NCBI GenBank assembly: GCA_963815115.1 | Contig: CAWFFN010000009.1 | Location: 768,001-832,000 of the forward strand | Length of the DNA stretch: 64,000 nucleotides | Source: an uncultured delta proteobacterium | GTDB lineage: Bacteria; Desulfobacterota; Binatia; DP-6 | Reading direction: 5' to 3' | Part shown: positions 1 to 9,143 of the stretch, piece after piece | Layout of the letters: every line of letters begins with the position of its first letter | How positions within the stretch are numbered: position 1 is the stretch's first letter | Made by a program: the position numbers and the translations under genes | The notes under the pieces: model-generated | What the model saw: only the letters and a program-made list of their open reading frames with translations | Told to the model about the DNA's origin: nothing | Database searches by the model: none

Positions 1-1
1 G

Positions 2-1234
2 ACCTTCTTCACCGAGCTCGACCTGCGCGAGCTCGACGAGTTCCGCCGCCTGGCCGACGCGCGTGGCGCCGTGCCGCACGGCAACGGCAACTGCGACCTC
101 GGCCTCGGCACCACCGAGGTGCCCTACGGCTGGCCCATGGTGATCGAGAGCTTCCTGCCGGCGAAGGAGTGGACGGACCTGACCATGTCGCTCGTCCTCC
201 AGGTCGGGCGGCTCTGGCGTACGACCGGGCGGCGCGACGTCCTCGAGCGCTTCTGGCCGGCGCTCGCCGCCGGCATGGAGTACCTGCACGGGCTCGCGCC
301 GCGCGGCGTCCCCGAGGGCGGCACGACGTACGACGTGTGGGATTTCCCGGGCGCCTTCGTCTACAGCGTCACGCTGTACCTGGCGACGCTGCGGACGATG
401 CGCGCGCTCGCGGCGGCGATCGAGCCGGCGCGCGGCGCCAGCTACGAGGCGCGCTACGCCGCATGCGCGCGCCGCCTCGACGAGGACCTGTGGGATCCGC
501 GCGGGTTCTTCCGGAGCTCCGAGACCAAGCCCACGATCTTCACCGCCGCGCTGGCCGGCGACTGGGCGGCACGCTGGAGCGGACTCCACCCCGTCGTCGA
601 CCCCGAGCGGGCCGCCAGCCATCTGCGCCATCAGCACCGCGTGCTGGTAGGTGCCGCGCAGGCCGCGTCGGCCGTGACGCCGGCCTGGCCGTGGTCGGAG
701 GCCACGGTCGAGGGCACACCCGTCGAGCACCCGATGCGCGGCGGGCTGCCGGCGGGCGAGGAGTTCACCTACGTCTGGCAGGTGGTGTCGTACCAGGCCT
801 GCGAGCAGCTCTACCTCGGGCTGGTGGAGGACGGGCTCGAGACGCTCCGGCTGTTCTACGATCGGCTGTGGCGCGACGGCCTCGCGTGGAGCGGAGGGCT
901 CCGCGGCAGCGCGGAATCGATCTACATGACGCACCCGGTGGCCTGGGCGGTGCTGAACGCGCTCACCGGGGCCGCCCTCGACGTCCCGGGACGCACGCTG
1001 CACGTCGCGCCGCGCACCGGTGGCGAGCTCGGCCCGCGGCTCCGCTGCCCCGTCTTCTTCCCGGGCTTCTGGGCGATGCTGGACCACGACCCGACGGGCG
1101 CGACGACCCTGGAGGTGGTGCGCACGTTCGGCGAGCCGGTCGAGATCGCGCGGGTCGCGCGTCCGGGAGCGCCGCCGGCCGACGTTGACGTGATCCGCCT
1201 CGTCCCCGGAGCGCGGCTCGCGCTGCCCGTGTGA
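2..1234 (+). CDS. GH116-family glycoside hydrolase (non-lysosomal glucosylceramidase-like), 5'-truncated by window edge
   Basis: Frame is open from base 2 (TFFTELDLREL...). GBA2-like catalytic-domain motifs include W.DL..S.VLQV.R.WR.TG, 'TTYDVWDF.GA..Y..TLYLATL', 'LAGDW' and 'YM.HPVAW'. Confidence 0.7.
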   Translation, partial: TFFTELDLRELDEFRRLADARGAVPHGNGNCDLGLGTTEVPYGWPMVIESFLPAKEWTDLTMSLVLQVGRLWRTTGRRDVLERFWPALAAGMEYLHGLAPRGVPEGGTTYDVWDFPGAFVYSVTLYLATLRTMRALAAAIEPARGASYEARYAACARRLDEDLWDPRGFFRSSETKPTIFTAALAGDWAARWSGLHPVVDPERAASHLRHQHRVLVGAAQAASAVTPAWPWSEATVEGTPVEHPMRGGLPAGEEFTYVWQVVSYQACEQLYLGLVEDGLETLRLFYDRLWRDGLAWSGGLRGSAESIYMTHPVAWAVLNALTGAALDVPGRTLHVAPRTGGELGPRLRCPVFFPGFWAMLDHDPTGATTLEVVRTFGEPVEIARVARPGAPPADVDVIRLVPGARLALPV

Positions 1235-1280
1235 CGGGCTGCTGCTGCACCGTCTCGACCCCGCGTGCTAGAGAACCTCC

Positions 1281-2738
1281 GTGCAGCTCTCGGCCGATGT
1301 CGTCGTGATCGGTAGCGGAGCGGGCGGCGCGCCGGTGGCGGCGACGCTGGCCGAATCGGGCCGGGGCGTCGTCGTGCTCGAAGCCGGCCCGCGTCTGGAG
1401 ACGAACGACTTCACGGGCGACGAGGCCGAGATGACGGCGCGCCTGTGGCGGCTCGCCATGGCCGGGCGCGGGTTGACCCTGTACGCGGGCGCCTGCGTCG
1501 GCGGCTCGACGGTGATCAACGACGCCCTCTGCTTCCGGCCGCCTCCGCGACTGCTCGAGGTGTGGCAGGACTACTATGACCTGCCGGGGCTCGGCGCGGA
1601 GGCGATGGAGCCGTACGTCAACCGCGTCTGGCAGGACATCCACGTCGAGCCCACCGGGCCCGAGCACACCAGCCGCAACGCCGCCCGGCTCGCGCTCGGC
1701 GCCCGGCGTCTCGGATGGATGGCCTCGGCCACCGCACGCAGCGTCCGGAACTGCGCGAACCTGGGCCTGTGCAACTTCGGCTGCCCGACCGGCGCCAAGC
1801 AGTCGACGCTGGTGACCTACGTGCCCCGGGCCGAGAAGGCGGGTGCGATCGTGCTCGCGCGCACGCGCGCCGAGCGCATCCGCGTCGAGGCGGGCGCGGT
1901 GCGCGGCGTGGACGCCGTGCAGCTCGATCCTGCCACCGGCGAGCCCGGGGAGGCCGTCACGATCGACGCGCCGCTCGTCTGCGTGGCGGCGGGCGTGCTG
2001 GCGACGCCGGCGCTGCTGCTGCGCAGCGCGATCCCCGGCGTCACCGGCGACGGCATCGCGTTCCACAGCAGCACGCACGTGACGGCGCGCTTTCCGGAGC
2101 CGGTGAACGGCTTCTACGGCCCCACGATGGGCTTCGCGGTGACGGAGTTCAGCACCCTGCTCGGACCGGCCGGGCCGGGCGTCATGATCGAGAACACCGC
2201 GACGCACCCGCTGTCGACCGCCGCGGCCATCCCGGGATTCGGCGCGGAGCACGCGGCACGCATGGCCGCGCTGCCCTTCCTCGCCAAGGCGCTGGTCCTG
2301 GTGCGCGATTTCGGTCGCGGTCGTGCCGCGGCCGACGGGTCGATCCGCTTCGATCACCACCCCGACGACATCGCGCGCCTCCGCATCGGCATGCACGAGG
2401 CGGCGCGCGCCTATCTCGCCGCCGGTGCCGAGGAGGTCTGGCTGCCGTTGAACGGCTTCCCACCGGTCCGCCGGCTCACGGACCTCGTCCCCCTCGGAGG
2501 CTTCCCCCTCGACGCCAGCGCCTTCACCCTGCTCTATGCCGTGCACCTCTTCGGCGGAGCGGCGATGGGCCGTCGCGGAGCGTGCGACCAGTACGGCCGC
2601 TGCGGCGGAGTCCGCGGGCTGTACGTCACCGACGCGTCGTCTCTTCCGACCAACACGGGCGTCAACCCGCAGATCACCATCATGGCCAACGCGCTCCGCA
2701 TCGCGAGCGGCATCGTCGCCCGCGGACAGCCGACATGA
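1281..2738 (+). CDS. GMC-family FAD oxidoreductase
   Basis: N-terminal GSGAGG FAD motif, VGGSTVIN, Cys cluster CANLGLCNFGCP, and C-terminal H.FGG...DASSLPTNTGVNPQITIMA. Confidence 0.9.
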   Translation: MQLSADVVVIGSGAGGAPVAATLAESGRGVVVLEAGPRLETNDFTGDEAEMTARLWRLAMAGRGLTLYAGACVGGSTVINDALCFRPPPRLLEVWQDYYDLPGLGAEAMEPYVNRVWQDIHVEPTGPEHTSRNAARLALGARRLGWMASATARSVRNCANLGLCNFGCPTGAKQSTLVTYVPRAEKAGAIVLARTRAERIRVEAGAVRGVDAVQLDPATGEPGEAVTIDAPLVCVAAGVLATPALLLRSAIPGVTGDGIAFHSSTHVTARFPEPVNGFYGPTMGFAVTEFSTLLGPAGPGVMIENTATHPLSTAAAIPGFGAEHAARMAALPFLAKALVLVRDFGRGRAAADGSIRFDHHPDDIARLRIGMHEAARAYLAAGAEEVWLPLNGFPPVRRLTDLVPLGGFPLDASAFTLLYAVHLFGGAAMGRRGACDQYGRCGGVRGLYVTDASSLPTNTGVNPQITIMANALRIASGIVARGQPT

Positions 2739-3310
2739 GCTGCGCGTACGATCTTCCGCACGCCGCGGCCGCGCTCGATCGCCGCGCCTTCCTGCGACTC
2801 GCCGGCGCCGCGGCGGCTGCCGGGCTCCTGCCCACCGGCTGCGGGGGCGTGCCCGATACGCTCGCGCCGCCCGCGACGCTCGACCTCGCGGTGCTCTCGC
2901 CGCGCGCCTACGCCACCCTCAACGCGGCCGGCTCGTGCATCGTCGGTCCTCGGGGCGCGGCGCTGATCGAGCGCCGGACGGTGGATGTGGCGGCGCTGGC
3001 GGACCAGCTGCTCTCTCGCAGCCCCGCCCTCGCACGGCCGCTGTCGCAGGGCCTCGCGGTGCTGGAGTACGGCGTCTGGCCCCTGGTGGCGAAGGCGCGG
3101 CCCTTCACGAGCCTGTCCGAGCGGTCCCGGGAGGCCGTGCTCGCCGACCTGGAGCGCTCGCGGCTGGAGACCAAGCGGGCGCTCTTCGCGGGGGTGCGCG
3201 CACTCGTCCTCTCGACCTTCTACGGCTCGCCGGCGACGAGGCTGCTCAGCGGCTATCCCGGGCCGTTCGGATTCGGCGCGGTCACGATCGCCGACGGGAT
3301 GGAAGGCTGA
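2735..3310 (+). CDS. Tat-exported (lipo)protein, gluconate 2-dehydrogenase subunit-3-like partner of the GMC enzyme
   Basis: ATGA overlap with the GMC stop. Twin-arginine DRRAFL, then a hydrophobic stretch and GC lipobox. Also 'FTSLS...REAVL' and 'FYGSP.....GYPGP'. Confidence 0.7.
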   Translation: MSCAYDLPHAAAALDRRAFLRLAGAAAAAGLLPTGCGGVPDTLAPPATLDLAVLSPRAYATLNAAGSCIVGPRGAALIERRTVDVAALADQLLSRSPALARPLSQGLAVLEYGVWPLVAKARPFTSLSERSREAVLADLERSRLETKRALFAGVRALVLSTFYGSPATRLLSGYPGPFGFGAVTIADGMEG

Positions 3311-3316
3311 GCGCGT

Positions 3317-6235
3317 TCAGCGGCAGCGCACGACCCGGTCGCCGGACGTGGGGGCGCAGGACGCCGGCCCGTAGGCGGACTCGCCACAGCGACCGGTCGT
3401 GGCGGCGGGTGGGTCGAACACCAGCGTGGCGGTGAGCGGCAGCGCGCCGGGGTTCACGGCATAGGTGCCGTTCTTGCCGCTCGCCTTGAACTTGACGAGC
3501 CCGCTCGCCGGCGAGAGCTTGAGAGACATCCGCGTGATGCTGCTCGACAGACCGCTGCGATCGTCGTAGCGCCAGGCGCTCTCGCCGCGGGTCGTCCAGC
3601 CGACACCCGCCGCCGGGTCGAAGCCCGCGGCCAGCGTGGTATCGAGGAAGGGCAGCCCGCCAGCATCCGCGAGCACGAGGCGCACGCCGCGGCCGGTCGG
3701 GTCGATGACCGGACTCGGGCTGATGGGCAGCGTCACTCGACCCGACAGCCGCAGGCGGTCGTCGCCGGGCGGGGCGCCCAGGCGACTCAGCACGAGCCGG
3801 GTGCGCAGGAGCGGGGCCCCTCCGGTGCACGGGTCGATCGGGTTGCAGAGCCCGTCGCCGTCGTCGTCGGACGCGGTCTGACACGTCACCGAGCAGCAGG
3901 CGCTCCCATCGCATGCCTCGCCGGCGTCGATGATGCCGTTGCCGCAGCGGCCGCCCGTGTAGGAGGCGACGAAGGTGGCGCCCGCGGCCGGCGCGGCGAC
4001 GTCGTGCGATGCGGCGCCGCCGTCGGACCACGATACGAAGACGTACGGGTCGCCGGCGAGGGTCTGCGACCCCGGAGCGCTGACGGAGTTGTGCGAGCCG
4101 ACGATGACGTCGCGCGTGAACGGCGTCGCCTGCGCGCTCGGGCCGACGGCCAGGTCGAGTCCCGGGGGCGCGGTGTCGAACGCGAGGGTGGTGACGGCCG
4201 GCTGGAGCTGGACGCTGGTCGTGCTGGTGAGGCCGCCGGCGTCGGTCGCCGTCAGGCGCAGCTCGATCACGGACGGGTACTCGTGGTCGGGAGCGACGAG
4301 GGTGCCGTCGGACACTCCCGAGAGCTCCTCCACGACGTGCTCGTGGCAGGCGAAGCCGGGACAGTGCTGGATGACGATCTGCCAGTGGAGCGCGGACGGC
4401 GGCAGCGTTCCCTGCTCCGGATCGCTGGCGCTGCCGGTGAACGCGATGGCGTCGCCGACGCGCCAGACGAGCGTCGGCGAGGGCGTCGTGATGACCGCCG
4501 CGGGCGGCGTGTTGTCGACGCTCACCGTGAGGGAATCGACGGCGCTCCCCCCGTGGCCGTCGCTCACCTGCAGCCGCACCACGTAGGTGCCCGGAGCGGC
4601 ATAGGTGAACGCCGGGGCGACGTCGGCCGAGTCGTCGAGGTCGCCGTCGCCGTCGAGATCCCACGCGAAGCTGATCACGTCACCGGCGTCCGGATCGCTC
4701 GAGGCCGAGGCGTCGAAGTGCACCAGCAACGGGGACGGTCCGGTGGTGACGTCGGCGTGCGCGACCGCGACCGGCGGCCGGTCGGGGCTGCCGAGGTAGC
4801 GGATGCGGCGCAGGGTTCCGCCGACGAGGTCGACGTAGAAGATGTCGCCGCCGGGTCCGCGTTCGAGGTCGACCGGGTAGGCGGCGTGCGAGGCGAAGGT
4901 CTGGACGGTGGCGGGATCCGGCAGGCCGTCGGCGCCCGCGCGCAGCGTCCAGATGCAGTTGACGGCGTAGTCGGCGAAGAAGAGGGCGTCGCCGTAGTCG
5001 GCGGGATACGTCCCGCCGGCGTAGAAGGAGATGCCGGTGATCGACGACGTGGGCAGGCGGCACGCCGGGTCGCCGGGCTGGTTGCCGTGCGCCCAGGTGA
5101 AGTACGGTTTCACGTCGACGCCCTCGGCGTAGAGGTCCTGGCACACGCCGAGCCCGACGCTCGCATACGCGTCCTGGGGACCGTTGCCCTCGTAGCACGG
5201 CCACCCGAAGTTCGAGAGCTGCAGCCCGGTCGGATCGGCGAGCCGGTCGATCTCTTCCCACTGGTTCCAGCCGACGTCGGCGATCCACAGCTCGCCCGTG
5301 TTCGGGCGTATCGTGATGCGGAAGGGGTTGCGCAGCCCGTAGGCGACGACGCGATCGTCGTCGAGCGCGGCACCACCCCACAGCGGATTGTCGGGAAGAG
5401 CGTCTCCGGTGGCGCGATCGACGCGCAGGATGGCGCCGTTGTACGCGACCGGATCGCCCGGCGTGCGCAGGTCCTGCGCGCGCAGCGCGCCGCCCTGCGC
5501 GCTGGGCGGGCTCATCGCGGCTCCGACGCCGCCCGGCGGATCGCCGCACGGATTGCGCGGCGTGACCGGGTTGGTGGCGTCGGGGAGCGTCCCGCCGTAC
5601 TGCCCCCAGTCGACCCAGCCGAAGCTGGCGCCGTCGCCGGCGCTCACGTAGAGGGCGCCGTCGGGACCGAAGGCGAGATCGCCGACCGAGTGGCTCGGGA
5701 ACTGCTGGCACCAGTTGTTCTCGATGAGTACCCGCTCGTCGCCGACCTGGTGGTTCGCGGCGTCGATCTCGAGCCGCGACAGCCGACCCGTGACGACGCA
5801 CCCGTCGGCGGTGGCGCCGGGATTCGCGGGACAGGAGTCGTCGTCCGGACTGGAGCCCTGGGACGGCCAGTACGGCGCGGTGCCGCCGGGCAGCGCATTG
5901 TGCGTGTAGAGCACGTAGACGTAGGGCGAGGCCGGAAACGCCGGATCGAGCGCCAGGCCGAGCAGCCCGCGGTCCCAGAACGAATGCACGGTGGTGCGCA
6001 GATCGGCGAAGATGGAGGGGACGGGATCGTCGAGCGAGTCGAACACCTTCACGAGCCCGCTCTTCTCGGCGACGAAGATGCGGCCGTCGGGCGCGAAGCG
6101 TACCGCCGTCGGCAGGTAGAAACCGCTGAAGACGACGTCCTCCTGGAAGCCGTCCGGCAGGGTGATGGCGCGCGACGACGACGCGGCCGCAAGCAGGGCA
6201 ACGGCCATCAGGGCGGCCGGCAGGGAGCGCGTCAT
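3317..6235 (-). CDS. Secreted PQQ-dependent sugar dehydrogenase (GSDH beta-propeller) with PKD domain, Cys-rich repeat and unnamed C-terminal domain
   Basis: Signal peptide. DRGLLGLALDP, H..GDLAFGPDG.LY, YGLRNPFR, IADVGWN.WEEI. PKD motif (FDAS.SSDPD...WDLDGDG...PGTY.V.L.VSD). CGNGIIDAGEACD repeat. Confidence 0.85.
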   Translation of the reverse strand: MTRSLPAALMAVALLAAASSSRAITLPDGFQEDVVFSGFYLPTAVRFAPDGRIFVAEKSGLVKVFDSLDDPVPSIFADLRTTVHSFWDRGLLGLALDPAFPASPYVYVLYTHNALPGGTAPYWPSQGSSPDDDSCPANPGATADGCVVTGRLSRLEIDAANHQVGDERVLIENNWCQQFPSHSVGDLAFGPDGALYVSAGDGASFGWVDWGQYGGTLPDATNPVTPRNPCGDPPGGVGAAMSPPSAQGGALRAQDLRTPGDPVAYNGAILRVDRATGDALPDNPLWGGAALDDDRVVAYGLRNPFRITIRPNTGELWIADVGWNQWEEIDRLADPTGLQLSNFGWPCYEGNGPQDAYASVGLGVCQDLYAEGVDVKPYFTWAHGNQPGDPACRLPTSSITGISFYAGGTYPADYGDALFFADYAVNCIWTLRAGADGLPDPATVQTFASHAAYPVDLERGPGGDIFYVDLVGGTLRRIRYLGSPDRPPVAVAHADVTTGPSPLLVHFDASASSDPDAGDVISFAWDLDGDGDLDDSADVAPAFTYAAPGTYVVRLQVSDGHGGSAVDSLTVSVDNTPPAAVITTPSPTLVWRVGDAIAFTGSASDPEQGTLPPSALHWQIVIQHCPGFACHEHVVEELSGVSDGTLVAPDHEYPSVIELRLTATDAGGLTSTTSVQLQPAVTTLAFDTAPPGLDLAVGPSAQATPFTRDVIVGSHNSVSAPGSQTLAGDPYVFVSWSDGGAASHDVAAPAAGATFVASYTGGRCGNGIIDAGEACDGSACCSVTCQTASDDDGDGLCNPIDPCTGGAPLLRTRLVLSRLGAPPGDDRLRLSGRVTLPISPSPVIDPTGRGVRLVLADAGGLPFLDTTLAAGFDPAAGVGWTTRGESAWRYDDRSGLSSSITRMSLKLSPASGLVKFKASGKNGTYAVNPGALPLTATLVFDPPAATTGRCGESAYGPASCAPTSGDRVVRCR

Positions 6236-6361
6236 CTACGGATACGTCAGCGAGTCCAGCGAGCGAGGGTATACAAAGACATCCAACCGGTATGACGCAA
6301 GGATTTGGAGCCATGGGTCGTGCGCGGCGAAGCCTTCCGCGCAGGTGCCAAGGCCTCCCGC

Positions 6362-7966
6362 CTATCCGACACGCTCGGCGATGTAGCCGACGACCTGATC
6401 GGCCGCGACCCGCACCTGGGCGCCCGTGTCGCGGTCGCGCACCGTGACGGTCTGATCGGTCACGCTCTGCCCGTCGACCGTGATGCAGAACGGCGTGCCG
6501 GCCTCGTCCATGCGGGCATAGCGCTTCCCGATGCTCTGCTTGGCGTCGTACTGGCACGAGCCCACGCGGCGGCGCAGCTCCTGGTAGATGCGCTCCGCGA
6601 TCTCGGGCATGCCCTCCTTGTTCACCAGCGGGAACACGCCGGCCTTGATCGGCGCGAGATGGGGATGAAAGCGCATCAGCTCCGGGGAGGGCCGGCTCTC
6701 GTCCACCGTATAGGCCTCGCACAGGACGGCGAGCACGCCGCGCGTCAGCCCCGCGGCCGGCTCTATGACGTGCGGCAGGTAGCGCTCGTTGCGCTCGGCG
6801 TCGAAGTACTCGAGCTTCACGCCGCTCACCCGCTGGTGCTGGCGGAGGTCGAAGTCGCTGCGGTAGGCGATGCCTTCGAGCTCCGTGAAGCCCTTCTCGC
6901 CCGAGAACGGGAAGGCATACTCGACGTCGCAGCAGCCGCCCGAATCCTTGGCGTAGTGCGCGAGCTCGTCCTCGGTGTGATCGCGCAGACGGAGGTTCTT
7001 GCCGGCGAGCCCGAGGCCGCACCACCAGTCGAAGCGCGTCTGCCGCCAGTAGCGGTACCACGTGTCCGCCTCGCTGGGGTGCACGAAGAACTCCAGCTCC
7101 ATCTGCTCGAACTCACGCGAGCGGAAGATGTAGTTGCGCGGCGTGACCTCGTTCCGGAAGCTGCGGCCGACCTGACAGATGCCGAACGGCACCTTCACGC
7201 GCGTCGAGTCGATCACGTTCTTGAAGTTGTAGAACATCCCCTGCGCCGTCTCGGGCCGGAGATAGGCCTTCGACTCCTCGTCGCGCACGGCGCCGACGAA
7301 GGTCTCGAACATGAGGTTGAACTGCCGCGGCTCGGTGAGGTCGCCGCCGCAATTCGGGCAGGGAAGGCGAACGTCGGTGATCGGCTGGCCCGAGCTCGAC
7401 AGGATGGTGAGCAGCATCGGCACGTCGTGCTCGTCCTCGGCCAGAGCGGCCAGCTGTCCCGGATCGCGCACGATCGCCAGTCCCGGCGCAAGCTTCTTGC
7501 CCTTCGTCTCCGCCCAGCGCTTCAGCTCCGTCCGGCGCGGGATGTACGTGCCGGCGACCGCGCCGGGCTCGCACGCCGCCAGCACCGCCGCCACCCATTC
7601 GCTCTCGGCGAGCAGCTCCGCCACGTGGTCGGCGCGGAACAGCCGCTTGCAGTGGCGGCAGGTCTGCATCGGATCGGCGAAGCCGGCCAGGTGGCCGCTG
7701 GCCTCCCAGACGCGCGGATGGCTGATGATCGAGCAGTCGAGGCCGACGATCTCCACCGGCCGGCCGTCGGGCCCGGCGGGTGGATGGTGGACCATGCCAT
7801 CCCACCAGACGTCGCGCAGGTTGTTCTTGAGCTCCACCCCGAGCGGACCGTAGTCCCAGAAGCCGTTGATGCCGCCGTAGATCTCGGAGGACTGGAAGAT
7901 GAAGCCGCGCCGCTTGCACAGCGACACCAGGCGTTCCATGAGCGCGGAGCCGGTCGGGGTGGCCAT
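6362..7966 (-). CDS. glyQS: Glycine--tRNA ligase, alpha2 (homodimeric) type
   Basis: LCKRRGFIFQSSEIYGG, WEASGH, YLRPETAQG, FRNEVTPRNYIFRSREFEQME, anticodon-binding SIGKRYARMDEAGTPFCITVD. Purine-rich RBS before ATG at 7966. Confidence 0.97.
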   Translation of the reverse strand: MATPTGSALMERLVSLCKRRGFIFQSSEIYGGINGFWDYGPLGVELKNNLRDVWWDGMVHHPPAGPDGRPVEIVGLDCSIISHPRVWEASGHLAGFADPMQTCRHCKRLFRADHVAELLAESEWVAAVLAACEPGAVAGTYIPRRTELKRWAETKGKKLAPGLAIVRDPGQLAALAEDEHDVPMLLTILSSSGQPITDVRLPCPNCGGDLTEPRQFNLMFETFVGAVRDEESKAYLRPETAQGMFYNFKNVIDSTRVKVPFGICQVGRSFRNEVTPRNYIFRSREFEQMELEFFVHPSEADTWYRYWRQTRFDWWCGLGLAGKNLRLRDHTEDELAHYAKDSGGCCDVEYAFPFSGEKGFTELEGIAYRSDFDLRQHQRVSGVKLEYFDAERNERYLPHVIEPAAGLTRGVLAVLCEAYTVDESRPSPELMRFHPHLAPIKAGVFPLVNKEGMPEIAERIYQELRRRVGSCQYDAKQSIGKRYARMDEAGTPFCITVDGQSVTDQTVTVRDRDTGAQVRVAADQVVGYIAERVG

Positions 7967-8010
7967 TCGCTCTCTTCTCCCCGATGCGGCCGGGGCGACG
8001 CAACCGGCGG

Positions 8011-9054
8011 TCACTCGAAGAGCGCGGCGACCTTGTCGACGAGCGGGTCGAGCGGCAGCCCGAAGGAGAGTGTCACGACGTTCCCCTGGAAGCGCTGGCG
8101 CGCCTCGAACTCGTGAAAGTACTTCACGGCCACCCCGAGCTTCGGCACGCCGATCTGCGCTCCGGCGGCGTGGACGACGTCCTCGACGTTCCCAAGCCGC
8201 TTGGGGACGTCGGACCCGGAGTCGAAGCCTATCTGCCACTGGTCGTAGCCCAGCACCGCCGTCTCGAGGTACTCGCCGAACCAGATCTTGCTGATCGCCC
8301 AGTTGAGATTGAGACGGGGGCCGGGGCGCAGATCCTGACCCTGTATGGAGGAGTTGATCTCCCAGCTCTGCACCAGGATGAAGGACAGCGTCTTCGCCTC
8401 GTCGGCGTGGACGGCGGTGCCGATCTGAAACTGGTTCGTCCAGAAGCCGAGTCCGACGTTGTCCGGGGCGTTCACCTCGAAGCGTCCCGTGGGTGCGTAG
8501 AACCCCCAGCTGGCCTCCAGGTCGGCATGCGGGATGCCCCACTGGAGCCAGATGGGCTGCACGTAGAGATCGCCCAGGCCCCAGGAGCCGCCCGCCGAGA
8601 GGTCGCGGCCGCGGCCGTTCTCGACGTCCCCGATCGCCGCGTTGAGGCTCGGGTTGCCGAACGACGGCGCGATGAAGGCGCCGTAGTGAGCGCCGAGGAT
8701 CGTCCAGTCCGGCGACCAGAGGATCATCGGGGACAGCGAGTAGACGTTCACTGATACGTCGATCGGGATCTGCCGTCGCGGCAGGATGATCGTGTTGACC
8801 GGGTCGCCGTTTCGGTTGCGGAACCGGCCATCGACGTAGAAGTAGCTGTACTGGGCGAAGTACAGCCCGGGTACCGGAGGCAGGAAGAAGTCGCGGGCGT
8901 TCGCGAAGCCGCCGGCGTAGTGTCCGACGACCGCCGACGCGGGGCGTGGCAGGGCGAGCAGCGAGAGCGCGAGCGCGATGCCCGCCGCGTGCGATCCCCA
9001 CACGTCCCGCGCTCGCACACGGCGTCTGCTACAAAAAAACGTCCGTGCTCTCAA
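8011..9054 (-). CDS. Outer-membrane beta-barrel, SphA / MetA-pathway phenol-degradation 'transporter' family (start uncertain)
   Basis: Signal peptide. PP.PGLY..QY..FY, GLGDLYVQPIWLQW, GFYAPTGRF....NVG.GFWT, GY.QWQ...DSG, Y.HEF.AR.RFQG. Confidence 0.8.
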   Translation of the reverse strand: MRARTFFCSRRRVRARDVWGSHAAGIALALSLLALPRPASAVVGHYAGGFANARDFFLPPVPGLYFAQYSYFYVDGRFRNRNGDPVNTIILPRRQIPIDVSVNVYSLSPMILWSPDWTILGAHYGAFIAPSFGNPSLNAAIGDVENGRGRDLSAGGSWGLGDLYVQPIWLQWGIPHADLEASWGFYAPTGRFEVNAPDNVGLGFWTNQFQIGTAVHADEAKTLSFILVQSWEINSSIQGQDLRPGPRLNLNWAISKIWFGEYLETAVLGYDQWQIGFDSGSDVPKRLGNVEDVVHAAGAQIGVPKLGVAVKYFHEFEARQRFQGNVVTLSFGLPLDPLVDKVAALFE

Positions 9055-9143
9055 GCGGGGGAATTCGGTTTCACCCGACAGGTGCCCCAGCCACTTGACG
9101 CTCCGGAACGGGGATGCCTAAGCCGTCACGGAGTGCTCGATCC

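Noticed and set aside
6362-9001. Apparent 879-aa GlyRS with a long N-terminal extension
   Set aside because: The extension overlaps the OM-barrel gene in another frame. The real start is ATG 7966 with an RBS.
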